DNA from: an uncultured virus (IMG/VR IMGVR_UViG_3300025767_000006)
Lineage: Duplodnaviria; Heunggongvirae; Uroviricota; Caudoviricetes
Reading direction: 5' to 3' (one strand)
Virus record (IMG/VR): IMGVR_UViG_3300025767_000006
Length of the DNA: 64,000 bases
The notes under the pieces were generated by a model that was given only the letters and a program-made list of their open reading frames with translations, made no database searches and was not told the DNA's origin. Below, one piece after another: positions 16,746 to 25,972 of the stretch (positions within the stretch are counted from its first letter, which is position 1; each line of letters opens with the position of its first letter). Both the position numbers and the translations under genes were made by a program.

Positions 16746-18731
16746 ATGACTTTGAAAATACAAAAAAATAAGGACAATTTATTAGCCGATTATGCTATAG
16801 GAATGTTGAAAGATTTCTATATGCGCAGTCATGAGAAATCTCCACAAGAAGCGTTTTTGCGAGCTGCAAAAGCATGGTCAACTTTTAAAGGAGAAATGGA
16901 TGCTGACCTCGCTGCACGTCTTTACGATTATGTCAGTAATAAGTGGTTTATGTTTGCTTCCCCAGTCTTATCGAATGCTCCAAACGGAGTAGCAAACGAC
17001 AAAGGCCTTCCAATCTCGTGCTTTCTTACTTATGTCCCAGATAGTTTGGAAGGTCTCATTAGCCATTCTTCTGAGCTTCGTTGGCTTTCTGTTCTCGGTG
17101 GTGGTGTCGGCGGACATTGGTCTTCTGTGCGCACAGTGTCTGATAAAGCTCCAGGTCCTATCCCTTTCCTACATACTGTCGATGCTGATATGATTGCTTA
17201 CCGTCAAGGTAAGACACGTAAAGGTAGCTATGCAGCATATATGGATGTATCTCATCCTGATATTGTAGAATTTTTGAATATGAGAATTCCAACTGGTGAC
17301 GTTCAACGTAAAGCACTAAATCTTCATAATGCAATTAATATTTCTGATGCATTTATGGAGGCTGTAATGTCCGGCCTAGATTGGGAGTTAAAAGATCCAT
17401 CATCAGGTAAAGTATCAGAAACTATTAATGCAAGAAAATTGTGGGAACGCATTATTGAAGTGCGTTTCAGAACAGGTGAACCATATTTGAATTTTATTGA
17501 TACAGCAAATAATGATTTACCACAAAACCTAAAAGACTTAGGATTAAAAATTCATGGTTCAAATCTTTGTAATGAAATTCATTTGCCTACCAATGCTGAC
17601 CGTACTGCGGTTTGTTGCCTTTCATCTCTCAATCTTGAGTATTACGATGAGTGGAAGAATACCAAAATTGTCGAAGATATCGTTACTATGCTTGACAATG
17701 TACTCGAATATTTTATCGAAAACGCTCCAGATGAGATCAGCCGTGCAAAATATTCGGCTGAACGTGAAAGATCAATTGGTCTGGGAGCGATGGGCTTCCA
17801 CTCATTATTACAACGACACGGGGTTGCTTGGGAAAGTGAAAAGGCTCAAGAGATTAATATTGTCGTATTTTCCACAATCAAAGAACGAGCGATCGCGCAA
17901 ACGATCAGATTGGCTGTAGAAAGAGGAGAATATCCAGATGGAATTGGTACAGGTCGAAGAAATGCTCATCTTATGGCTATTGCTCCAAATGCATCAAGTG
18001 GTATCATTTTATCTACTAGTCCTTCTATTGAACCATCAAAAGCTAATGCTTATACGCATAGAACAAGAGCAGGATCTTTTTTAGTTAAAAATAAATATCT
18101 TGACGATATTTTAACAAGACACGCTATAAACAATGATGCGACATGGACATCTATTATTACTAATAAGGGATCAGTTCAACACTTGCCCGAGCTCACCGAA
18201 GGCGAAAAAGCGATATTTAAGACTGCGCAGGAACTTGATCAGACTTGGGTCATACAGCATGCGGCAGATCGACAATCGTTTATCTGCCAAGGCCAGTCGG
18301 TTAATTTGTTCTTCCCCGCCGGTGCAGAAAAATCTTACGTTAATAAGGTACACATCAAAGCATGGAAAGAAAAGCTTAAGGGATTATATTACCTTCGTAC
18401 AGAAGCAAAATCTCGTGCTGAGAATGTATCAGAAAAGGTCGAAAGAGTGGCCTTACAAGGCGACATGAGAACTGTTGTCTATGGTAAAGCAAATTGTCCA
18501 TTCTGTACTGCAGCAAAAGAAGAATTAAGTTTACATGGTATGCCATATGATTATATTGACCTAGAAGAAATAGGTAAAACTGCCAAGGAAGTTACTGGCC
18601 GTGATGTGAAAACGGTACCACAGATTTACGTAAATGGTCAATACGTTGGTGGATATGACGAATTGATGACCTTTTTAGAACAACCAATAACAATCGAAGA
18701 AGGCAGCGAATGCCGAGCATGCGAGGGATAA
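16746..18731 (+). CDS. nrdA: Class I ribonucleotide reductase alpha subunit with fused glutaredoxin domain
   Basis: SPVLSN, ISCF, SNLCNEI, GLGAMG, APNASS, LYYLR; then YGK..CPFC...TVPQI Grx domain; terminal CRAC. Confidence 0.97.
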   Translation: MTLKIQKNKDNLLADYAIGMLKDFYMRSHEKSPQEAFLRAAKAWSTFKGEMDADLAARLYDYVSNKWFMFASPVLSNAPNGVANDKGLPISCFLTYVPDSLEGLISHSSELRWLSVLGGGVGGHWSSVRTVSDKAPGPIPFLHTVDADMIAYRQGKTRKGSYAAYMDVSHPDIVEFLNMRIPTGDVQRKALNLHNAINISDAFMEAVMSGLDWELKDPSSGKVSETINARKLWERIIEVRFRTGEPYLNFIDTANNDLPQNLKDLGLKIHGSNLCNEIHLPTNADRTAVCCLSSLNLEYYDEWKNTKIVEDIVTMLDNVLEYFIENAPDEISRAKYSAERERSIGLGAMGFHSLLQRHGVAWESEKAQEINIVVFSTIKERAIAQTIRLAVERGEYPDGIGTGRRNAHLMAIAPNASSGIILSTSPSIEPSKANAYTHRTRAGSFLVKNKYLDDILTRHAINNDATWTSIITNKGSVQHLPELTEGEKAIFKTAQELDQTWVIQHAADRQSFICQGQSVNLFFPAGAEKSYVNKVHIKAWKEKLKGLYYLRTEAKSRAENVSEKVERVALQGDMRTVVYGKANCPFCTAAKEELSLHGMPYDYIDLEEIGKTAKEVTGRDVKTVPQIYVNGQYVGGYDELMTFLEQPITIEEGSECRACEG

Positions 18732-18732
18732 T

Positions 18733-19707
18733 ATGCCACTATTAGAAATATCAAAAACATATAAACCATTCTTGTATCCATGGGCTGTTGAGCTTACAAA
18801 GAAACATGAAGAAATTCATTGGATCGAAGATGAAGCTGAACTCTCTGAAGATATTCAAGATTGGAGAACTAAACTAAGTGATCAAGAGAAAGAGTTTATT
18901 ACTCAAGTTCTTAGACTATTTACTCAATCTGATGTTCAGGTTGGAGAAAACTATTTTGAACTATTGATCCCAAAATTTAAAAATAATGAAATTCGTAATA
19001 TGTTGGGTTCCTTTGCTTCACGTGAAGGTGTACACCAAAGAGCTTACGCATTATTAAATGATACTCTTGGATTACCAGATGAAGAATTTCACGCATTTCT
19101 AGAATATAAAGAAATGGCTGATAAGATTGACTTTATGTCTAATGGTGACACTGGTTCTCATACTGGTCTTGCCCTTGCATTAGCTCAGTCAGTCTTTAAC
19201 GAAGGAATGTCACTCTTTGCATCATTCGTTATGTTGTTGAACTTCCAACGGTTTGGCAAAATGAAAGGAATGGGCACTATTGTTGAATGGTCTATTCGTG
19301 ATGAGTCTATGCATGTTCAAGGAAATGCAAAGTTATTCCGTACATTCTGTGATGAACACCCAAGAATTGTAAATGATGAATTAAAATCTAAAATTTATCA
19401 AATGGCTAAAGACGCAGTAAAGTTAGAAGATAGATTTATTGATCTTGCATATGCTGAAGGTGAAATTCAAGGGTTAACTAAAGAAGAAGTCAAAACTTAT
19501 ATTAGACATATTGCTGATAGACGTCTTCTTCAACTTGGAATGAAACCAAAATTTAACCAAAAAGATAATCCATTGCCTTGGCTTGATTGGGTTTTAAATG
19601 GAGCATCACACGATAATTTCTTTGAAAAGCGTGTGACTGAATACTCTGTTGTTGGTATGGAAGGTGATTGGGGCTGGGATCAAACAGAAACTGTGGAGGC
19701 TGCTTAG
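18733..19707 (+). CDS. nrdB: Class I ribonucleotide reductase beta subunit
   Basis: W..DE, EGVHQRAY, EGMSLFASF, RDESMH, NFFEKRVTEY. Confidence 0.97.
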   Translation: MPLLEISKTYKPFLYPWAVELTKKHEEIHWIEDEAELSEDIQDWRTKLSDQEKEFITQVLRLFTQSDVQVGENYFELLIPKFKNNEIRNMLGSFASREGVHQRAYALLNDTLGLPDEEFHAFLEYKEMADKIDFMSNGDTGSHTGLALALAQSVFNEGMSLFASFVMLLNFQRFGKMKGMGTIVEWSIRDESMHVQGNAKLFRTFCDEHPRIVNDELKSKIYQMAKDAVKLEDRFIDLAYAEGEIQGLTKEEVKTYIRHIADRRLLQLGMKPKFNQKDNPLPWLDWVLNGASHDNFFEKRVTEYSVVGMEGDWGWDQTETVEAA

Positions 19708-19865
19708 TGGAATACCGTATCGAATGTCAAGAATGCGAAGAATCTAGTATTCTTGTTATGGATCAAGAACCAGAATATTGTCCAAATTGTGGACGAAGAG
19801 CAGACGCTGATACTCTTAGAGAACCATTAGATTTCGACGATGAAACTGATTTAGATGGGTGTTAA
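19707..19865 (+). CDS. Small zinc-ribbon/rubredoxin-like protein
   Basis: GTG 19707 with GGAGG SD; CxxC...CPxCG. Confidence 0.7.
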   Translation: MEYRIECQECEESSILVMDQEPEYCPNCGRRADADTLREPLDFDDETDLDGC

Positions 19866-20525
19866 ATGAAATTAGGTGATTATGACTTGAATGAGCTTTC
19901 AACATCTTATTCTCAATATTTAATAGGTGTATTACAAAAGCTATTTACAAACAGACTTACTGGAGATTTAGGTGAAAACTTTAAAGATGTTATTCCTGAA
20001 GAAACAATTCCAGCAGTACAATATTGTAATACTACATCATTAAAAAATATTATTAACTATAATCGAGAGTTTATCACGTTTTTAGAAAAAGATAAAACAT
20101 ATCTCAATGTCGGGTCTGGTATTAATTTTTTAGAATACCAGGCTCGTGCAGAGGGATTTAATATTGAATGTACCGATATTAAAGAAACATTTCTTGTATT
20201 TGATTATTTTAGAGAATATATTAAAACACCATTAAATTTTGGCTGTGGCTTATTTGGTGATGAATTGGTACTACATCAACCAGAGTTTAAACGGTATGAC
20301 TATATTATGTTCTTAAGATATGTTCCCTTTGAATTTAATAGTGATTACGAACAAGTTCATAAATTTATTACATCCTGTAAAAAATATTCTGACCATTTAA
20401 TTGTATCAATTGTTAGATCTTCTTATGCTGAATGGGGGAATTATATTGATTGGGCTGGTGATAAAGTAAATGTTTTTCATAAAGAAGATTGTGGTAACAC
20501 AGCAAATTATTTTATCAAGTTATAA
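19866..20525 (+). CDS. Putative class I SAM-dependent methyltransferase-like protein
   Basis: YLNVGSG motif I, acidic CTD, RYDYIM. Confidence 0.5.
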   Translation: MKLGDYDLNELSTSYSQYLIGVLQKLFTNRLTGDLGENFKDVIPEETIPAVQYCNTTSLKNIINYNREFITFLEKDKTYLNVGSGINFLEYQARAEGFNIECTDIKETFLVFDYFREYIKTPLNFGCGLFGDELVLHQPEFKRYDYIMFLRYVPFEFNSDYEQVHKFITSCKKYSDHLIVSIVRSSYAEWGNYIDWAGDKVNVFHKEDCGNTANYFIKL

Positions 20526-20552
20526 CAAGTTATAATCTGTATACATAATAGT

Positions 20553-20948
20553 ATGTGGATATATGAAAACAAAGAATACGCGGAAACACCAGAAGATTAT
20601 CAGGGATTTGTTTACTGTATTACTGAATTAGGTAGTGGTAAAAAATATATTGGTAAAAAGAACTTTTGGAGACCAAAAACATTACCAGTTACTAAAACTC
20701 GTAAAAGAAGAGTTCGAACTCGAGTTCCATCGGATTGGTTAACTTATTATGGATCATCAGAAGTTGTCCAACAGTTAAAGGAATCAGGAGCAGAATTTCA
20801 AAGAGAAATTATAAGACTCTGTAAAACAAAAGGTGAAATGTCTTATTTTGAAGCTAAAATGCAATTCGAATTTGATGTATTATTATCAGATGAATATTAT
20901 AACGAATTTATTGGATGTAAAATTCATTCAAAACATTTGAAGTTATAA
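20553..20948 (+). CDS. GIY-YIG family nuclease
   Basis: GFVYCIT...KKYIGKK, YYGSS, E...YYN. Confidence 0.8.
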   Translation: MWIYENKEYAETPEDYQGFVYCITELGSGKKYIGKKNFWRPKTLPVTKTRKRRVRTRVPSDWLTYYGSSEVVQQLKESGAEFQREIIRLCKTKGEMSYFEAKMQFEFDVLLSDEYYNEFIGCKIHSKHLKL

Positions 20949-20951
20949 ATA
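20944..20951 (+). promoter_or_regulatory. T4-type late promoter
   Basis: Exact TATAAATA upstream of the 20968 ORF. Confidence 0.65.
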
Positions 20952-20967
20952 AAATTAAGAGGATATT

Positions 20968-21387
20968 ATGAGACAAAAATTGATCCATGAAGTTATGGAA
21001 CTTGTTGAAAAACAAAAAACAAAGGCTGATAAAATAAAAGTCTTAAAAGATCACAATTACGCAGCAGTAGCTGATTATTTACGCGGAACATTTGATTCTA
21101 CTATTCAGTGGAATCTACCAGCGGGTGCTCCACCATATGTAGCGTGTGAAGCACATAATACGCCATCAACATTTAATAGAAAAAACGTAGATTTAAAATA
21201 CTTTGTAAAGGGTGGAGTAGGCGATCGCCTGCAAACCATCAAGCGCGAAAGTATGTTCATCAGTTTGATTGAAAGCATTGATCCAAAAGATGCTATTCTA
21301 GTTATATCTATGATCAACAAGGAAAAGCCAAAGTATATTACAAGAGCTATTATTGAGGAGGCATTTCCTAACCTATTACAAGACTAA
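20968..21387 (+). CDS. Conserved T4-like phage protein
   Basis: IHEV....K.K..K..VL, WNLP.G.PPY, KRESMFI.L.E.I. Confidence 0.75.
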   Translation: MRQKLIHEVMELVEKQKTKADKIKVLKDHNYAAVADYLRGTFDSTIQWNLPAGAPPYVACEAHNTPSTFNRKNVDLKYFVKGGVGDRLQTIKRESMFISLIESIDPKDAILVISMINKEKPKYITRAIIEEAFPNLLQD

Positions 21388-21403
21388 TGGAGAAACCTTA
21401 CAC

Positions 21404-21559
21404 ATGACCGCTATTCAACTTGCTAGACTAAAAGAAGATTATGCACAATGCGAGAACTATGCAATAAAACTTAAAAAGCGAGGAGCAACAGATAGATTTA
21501 ATAAGATCATGGAAAAGTTAGATTTCATTGATAAAAAAATAGCAGAGGTAGCCGCATAA
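21404..21559 (+). CDS. Small hypothetical protein
   Basis: ATG 21404 with GGAG SD. Confidence 0.55.
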   Translation: MTAIQLARLKEDYAQCENYAIKLKKRGATDRFNKIMEKLDFIDKKIAEVAA

Positions 21560-21563
21560 AGTT

Positions 21564-21625
21564 ATGTACAGACCCCTAGATGTGTGGTATAATATTATAT
21601 TAATTAACGCATCTAGGGGTTTTTT
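21564..21625 (+). promoter_or_regulatory. Promoter embedded in a terminator-like hairpin
   Basis: ATGTACA 21564-70 and TATAAT 21588-93; arms ACCCCTAGATGTGT 21572-85 and ACGCATCTAGGGGT 21607-20, then T-run. Confidence 0.75.
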
Positions 21626-21628
21626 ATT

Positions 21629-22183
21629 ATGAATCTTTTTATACTTGACAAAAATCCAGAAACAGCAGCACGTCTTCAATGTGATAAACACGTGGTTAAG
21701 ATGATTGTTGAATCTGGACAAATGCTTTCTACTGCTCACCGTATCCTCGATGGTATTGAAATAATTAAGCCTTCTAAGTCTGGAAAGACTATGCAAAAAT
21801 ACTGGTTGTTGCGAGGAGAAAAAGAAAAAGTACTTTATACAGCCGTTCACCGCGGCCATCCCTGTACAGTTTGGACTATGCAATCAAGTACCAACTATGG
21901 TTGGCATTTGGTTCATTTTGTAACACTACTTGACGAGTATACATATCGGTATGGGAAAGTTCATAAGTCAATGGAATTACTTCCATATCTTATGGAACTA
22001 CCACGGAATATTAAAGAAGGACCGATGACTGATTTTAAATTAGCTATGCAAGCAAATCCAGAATGTATACATGAAAATGATCCAGTCAGATCTTATCGTG
22101 AATATTATCAAACAAAACAAGATCGATTTCCTATGAAATGGACTAAAAGAGATATCCCGGAGTGGTTTAATGCCAACGTATAA
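21629..22183 (+). CDS. Pyrimidine-dimer DNA glycosylase (DenV-like) family protein
   Basis: MNLFILD..P..AA...CDKHVVKM..E..QMLSTAH; HPCT.W; EYTYRYGK.H. Confidence 0.8.
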   Translation: MNLFILDKNPETAARLQCDKHVVKMIVESGQMLSTAHRILDGIEIIKPSKSGKTMQKYWLLRGEKEKVLYTAVHRGHPCTVWTMQSSTNYGWHLVHFVTLLDEYTYRYGKVHKSMELLPYLMELPRNIKEGPMTDFKLAMQANPECIHENDPVRSYREYYQTKQDRFPMKWTKRDIPEWFNANV

Positions 22184-22406
22184 ATTTCGTAATAAAGACA
22201 CAGATGAAGAAATAGAAATTACTATGCGAATATCTGAGTTGGATAGTTATAAAGAAAAGCATCCAAACTATATTCAATTAATTACAGGATTTCCTGGAAT
22301 GATTACTCAACACGGTATGACTATTACAAAGGCTGGTCACGAATGGCAAGATCACTTAAAGCGAATCCATAAAAATGCTGGCCGCAAAAGTACTATTAAA
22401 ACGTGA
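22170..22406 (+). CDS. FmdB-like small regulatory protein (Cys-less variant)
   Basis: MPTY.F.N..T.E...; W.D.L.RI. Confidence 0.6.
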   Translation: MPTYKFRNKDTDEEIEITMRISELDSYKEKHPNYIQLITGFPGMITQHGMTITKAGHEWQDHLKRIHKNAGRKSTIKT

Positions 22407-23557
22407 ATAGCTATCCTCAAATTCCTGGTAGAATGTTTGACTGTACAGCTAAACATGGCTATGTTACCATTAAGCCAAATGGTACATCTAAACCATGTTG
22501 CCGTTGGGAAGACTATTCTCCAGTCATTGACGACTTTCAAAACTTTGAACAAATTCTTGATCACTTTCAAGGGGTAATTAAGACTCCGACAGAGCAGTGG
22601 CCTAGTGGGTGTAGAGCGTGCCACCGCGATACGTCTTTTGGAAGAAAGTGCGTTATTGATGGAATGAATAAGTTTATTGTTCCTACCGGTAATACCATTC
22701 AATCTTTAGAAGTTGGATTTGATAATATCTGTAATATGAATTGTGTTATGTGCAATCCAACATATAGCTCTAGATGGAATAAAATTTATAAAGAGAACAA
22801 AGACTTTTTAGATCCGTATCATGACTTTAGTGAATATAATATTCAATCTCCAATATATGATAATGTCATTCGATTAATGGAGAACAGCGATTTATCTAGA
22901 CTTCATACTATTAGATTAATGGGTGGAGAACCTATGTATAGTAAGGTGACTCTTAAGTTTTTAGAGTGGTTTACTGATCGTGATGTAAGTAATATCAAAT
23001 TAAAATTCAATACAAATGCTACAGTCTTTCCTCACAAATTTACAGAACTATTTAAAAAGTTTAAAGCTGTTGAACCCGAAACATCTATTGATGGAGTTGG
23101 CCAAGTTAACGAATGGGGAAGAAATGGCGGGACTTGGAAAGATATTCAAGAAGTAATTAGTTTATGGAATGAATTTGCACGTGCAAATTCAAATATAAAA
23201 ATGAGAAACCATACAACAATTACTTTAGCTAATATGGAACATCTTGGTGAATTGTCTGAATGGTTAACACAATTCGATCAATATCAAGTAAGAAGAATTG
23301 GGATTGCTGCTAATCAATATATATCTTGTTTATCTACACCTAGACAATTTAGACAAGATTTGTGGAACGAACAAAACATTCTTTATGAAGATATGGATAA
23401 GTATGAAAAGTATGAAGTATTTTTAGGTCATGAGCAGAATACTACATATGAAACAAAAAAGATTATAAAATATATTGAATGGTATGATTCCCTTAATACA
23501 ACTAAATTTCAAGATATATCCCCAAAAGCTTGGAAACAACTTAACACACAGGATTAA
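22403..23557 (+). CDS. Radical SAM protein with N-terminal SPASM/twitch-like Cys cluster
   Basis: CNMNCVMC, GGEP, NTNAT, SIDG; N-terminal C..PNG..KPCC and CRAC. Confidence 0.9.
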   Translation: MNSYPQIPGRMFDCTAKHGYVTIKPNGTSKPCCRWEDYSPVIDDFQNFEQILDHFQGVIKTPTEQWPSGCRACHRDTSFGRKCVIDGMNKFIVPTGNTIQSLEVGFDNICNMNCVMCNPTYSSRWNKIYKENKDFLDPYHDFSEYNIQSPIYDNVIRLMENSDLSRLHTIRLMGGEPMYSKVTLKFLEWFTDRDVSNIKLKFNTNATVFPHKFTELFKKFKAVEPETSIDGVGQVNEWGRNGGTWKDIQEVISLWNEFARANSNIKMRNHTTITLANMEHLGELSEWLTQFDQYQVRRIGIAANQYISCLSTPRQFRQDLWNEQNILYEDMDKYEKYEVFLGHEQNTTYETKKIIKYIEWYDSLNTTKFQDISPKAWKQLNTQD

Positions 23558-23559
23558 TA

Positions 23560-24318
23560 ATGAAAATCATAATTACTGGATCTAGTGGATTTATTGGTGG
23601 CCACTTAAAAGAAAAATTAAAGGCTGAAGGTAATGAAGTTATTGCATGGGATAGAAAAATCGGATTAGATATCCAAGACTTTAAACTAGAACCCAATACT
23701 GATTTTGTTATTCATTTAGCAGCTAATGCAGATGTTAGAAGAAGCATTCAATTTCCTGATGAATATTGGAAAAACAACGTAGAGCCTACTACAAAAATTC
23801 AACGGCAATGTTATTTTAATCGTGTACCTTTATTATATGCTTCATCATCTTGTATTCATTCATGGGCTAAATCTCCATATGGAACAAGTAAAAAAGTAAA
23901 TGAAGAGACAGCATTTCCTGGACAAGTTGCATTAAGATTCACTACTGTTTATGGTGAAGGTGCTCGTGAATCAATGTTTATTGGGAAACTAATGAGAAAT
24001 GAAATCCAATATGCGACAAACCATATTCGAGATTTTATTCATGTTAGTGATGTATTAAATGCTATTGAGCTTATTATGCTAAAGATGACCGATCCACACT
24101 TATTTCCTGAAACTAGTTTAACAGATGCTTATGATATTGGTACAGGTATCGGTAATATTGTATCTTCTTTAGCAAGAATTCGTTATCCTGGAGTAGATAT
24201 TCGTGCAGGTGATCACTGTGAATCACCAGATAATACTGCAGATAATTCCAAACTAAAAGAGCTTGGGTGGGAACCTAAAGTAAATGTTGTTGACTATCTT
24301 TCTCAAGGAATAAAATAA
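23560..24318 (+). CDS. NAD-dependent nucleotide-sugar epimerase/dehydratase
   Basis: TGSSGFIG, HLAA, ASSS, YGTSK, RF.TVYG, RDFIHV. Confidence 0.93.
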   Translation: MKIIITGSSGFIGGHLKEKLKAEGNEVIAWDRKIGLDIQDFKLEPNTDFVIHLAANADVRRSIQFPDEYWKNNVEPTTKIQRQCYFNRVPLLYASSSCIHSWAKSPYGTSKKVNEETAFPGQVALRFTTVYGEGARESMFIGKLMRNEIQYATNHIRDFIHVSDVLNAIELIMLKMTDPHLFPETSLTDAYDIGTGIGNIVSSLARIRYPGVDIRAGDHCESPDNTADNSKLKELGWEPKVNVVDYLSQGIK

Positions 24319-24998
24319 TGAGTAGCTCTAGTAAAGTTAAATATGATGATTTAATTGAATTTGAACCAATTACTGAAAATCAAAAGAAAGCATGTAGTCT
24401 ATGGGATGATGGTGAAAACTTAGTACTTACTGGATCTGCCGGTACGGGCAAAACATATCTTGCTATGGCATTAGCAATGGAAACGGTTTTAGAGCGTAGT
24501 GGATCATATGATCAAGTAATTATTGTTCGATCCGTAGTACCGGTACGAGAAATTGGTTTTCTTCCAGGAAAACTAGAAGAAAAAACTGCAGTATTTGAAG
24601 CACCTTATAAAGCTATTTGTACTGAATTATTTGAAGATAAAGCAGCTTGGCAAAAATTAACAAATGCTAAACAGGTAACCTTTGAGACAACATCCTTTAT
24701 TCGTGGTCAAACAATGAATCGTGCTGTTATCATTGTCGATGAAATGCAAAACTTAAACTTCCATGAGCTTGATTCTGTTATGACACGTATCGGCGAAAAT
24801 TGTAAAATTATTTTTGCTGGTGATTATCTTCAATCAGATTTTGAAAGAGAATCAGACAAACTAGGAATTATGAAGTTTCTCAACATTGTAGAAAGAATGA
24901 CACACTTTAGCACTATTCAATTTGGTTGGGATGATATTGTTAGATCTGGTATTGTTCGTGATTATATTATGACAAAAGAGATGATGGGACTAAAATAG
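24318..24998 (+). CDS. phoH: PhoH family ATPase
   Basis: GSAGTGKT, IGFLPG, FIRG, DEMQN, TRIG, GD..QSD, VRS. Confidence 0.95.
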   Translation: MSSSSKVKYDDLIEFEPITENQKKACSLWDDGENLVLTGSAGTGKTYLAMALAMETVLERSGSYDQVIIVRSVVPVREIGFLPGKLEEKTAVFEAPYKAICTELFEDKAAWQKLTNAKQVTFETTSFIRGQTMNRAVIIVDEMQNLNFHELDSVMTRIGENCKIIFAGDYLQSDFERESDKLGIMKFLNIVERMTHFSTIQFGWDDIVRSGIVRDYIMTKEMMGLK

Positions 24999-25000
24999 TT

Positions 25001-25050
25001 GTTTACATTCACAGAAAACTGTGGTATAATATACTATATTAAAATGAAAA
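25001..25050 (+). promoter_or_regulatory. Early promoter
   Basis: GTTTACA 25001-07, TGTGG-TATAAT 25025-30, leader TAAAATGAAAAGG. Confidence 0.8.
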
Positions 25051-25059
25051 GGACATACT

Positions 25060-25737
25060 ATGCAATTTATACATGAAAAGATCGATATGGGCTATGAAAC
25101 TCTAGAACGGGTAGACTCTCCTGATGGACGTAGATACCAGACTCTAGATGGTAAAGCATATCCATCTGTAACTACAGTGCTTAGTATCCTTGGTGAAGAA
25201 AGTATTGCTAAATGGAGAGCACGTGTTGGTGAAGAAGAAGCCAATCGTATTGGTCGTATCGCATCTACACGTGGTACACAAGTTCATAGTCTTATTGAAA
25301 AATATATGAACAATGAATCTGATTGTAGAGAAGGATTCCTTCCACATGTTATACAATCTCTAGAAAATCTTAGACCATTGCTTGATAAGCATATCACTAA
25401 AGTGTATGGTCAAGAAGTACCACTTTATAGTGACCATCTACAATTAGCTGGTACCTGTGATGCTATTGTTGAATGGGATGGTGTCCCTACCATTGTTGAT
25501 TGGAAAACATCTAAGCGTCCAAAGAAAAAAGAAAATATCAGTAATTACTTTATGCAATTGGCTGCGTACGCAGTTATGTGGGAAGAACGTACTGGCATGC
25601 CAATTAACCAAACACGTATTGTTATGGATGTAGATGACTTCCATCCAGTTATGTACAAAGAAACACGTGATAATTGGATTGAAAAGATGATCGAAACTCG
25701 TGATGAATATAATCGTAGAAAAATGTTCCATGGTTGA
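25060..25737 (+). CDS. PD-(D/E)XK exonuclease (Cas4/MGME1-like)
   Basis: YPSVTTVL, RGT.VH, E..LYS, AGTCD, DWKTS, QLAAY. Confidence 0.9.
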   Translation: MQFIHEKIDMGYETLERVDSPDGRRYQTLDGKAYPSVTTVLSILGEESIAKWRARVGEEEANRIGRIASTRGTQVHSLIEKYMNNESDCREGFLPHVIQSLENLRPLLDKHITKVYGQEVPLYSDHLQLAGTCDAIVEWDGVPTIVDWKTSKRPKKKENISNYFMQLAAYAVMWEERTGMPINQTRIVMDVDDFHPVMYKETRDNWIEKMIETRDEYNRRKMFHG

Positions 25738-25972
25738 TATGAGTCCTCTTGAAATCTTTGAGTATAAACAACGCTGGAAGCCAAATGCATATAGTGTTAG
25801 GCTTCATAGTGATTTAGATTGGCAAGGAAAAGACTGGTGTCGAAAAAACTTAGAACGGCACCAATGGAGTATGGATACATATACGAATGTATATGAACAT
25901 ACATTCTTTTTTGAAGATCCCGATTGTGGAAAACAGTTTGCGCAACTTTGGCCAAATTTTACTAATCAATGA
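25730..25972 (+). CDS. Hypothetical protein
   Basis: ATG 25730, overlapping upstream stop. Confidence 0.65.
   Translation: MVDMSPLEIFEYKQRWKPNAYSVRLHSDLDWQGKDWCRKNLERHQWSMDTYTNVYEHTFFFEDPDCGKQFAQLWPNFTNQ

Noticed and set aside
16746..20948. Intron/intein in nrdAB with the GIY-YIG gene as its homing endonuclease
   Set aside because: nrdA and nrdB are uninterrupted; the GIY-YIG ORF is short, free-standing and lacks an obvious DNA-binding extension
25060..25737. Cas4-like nuclease as evidence of a CRISPR system
   Set aside because: Stand-alone exonuclease after phoH is usual in T4-like phages; no array or other cas genes
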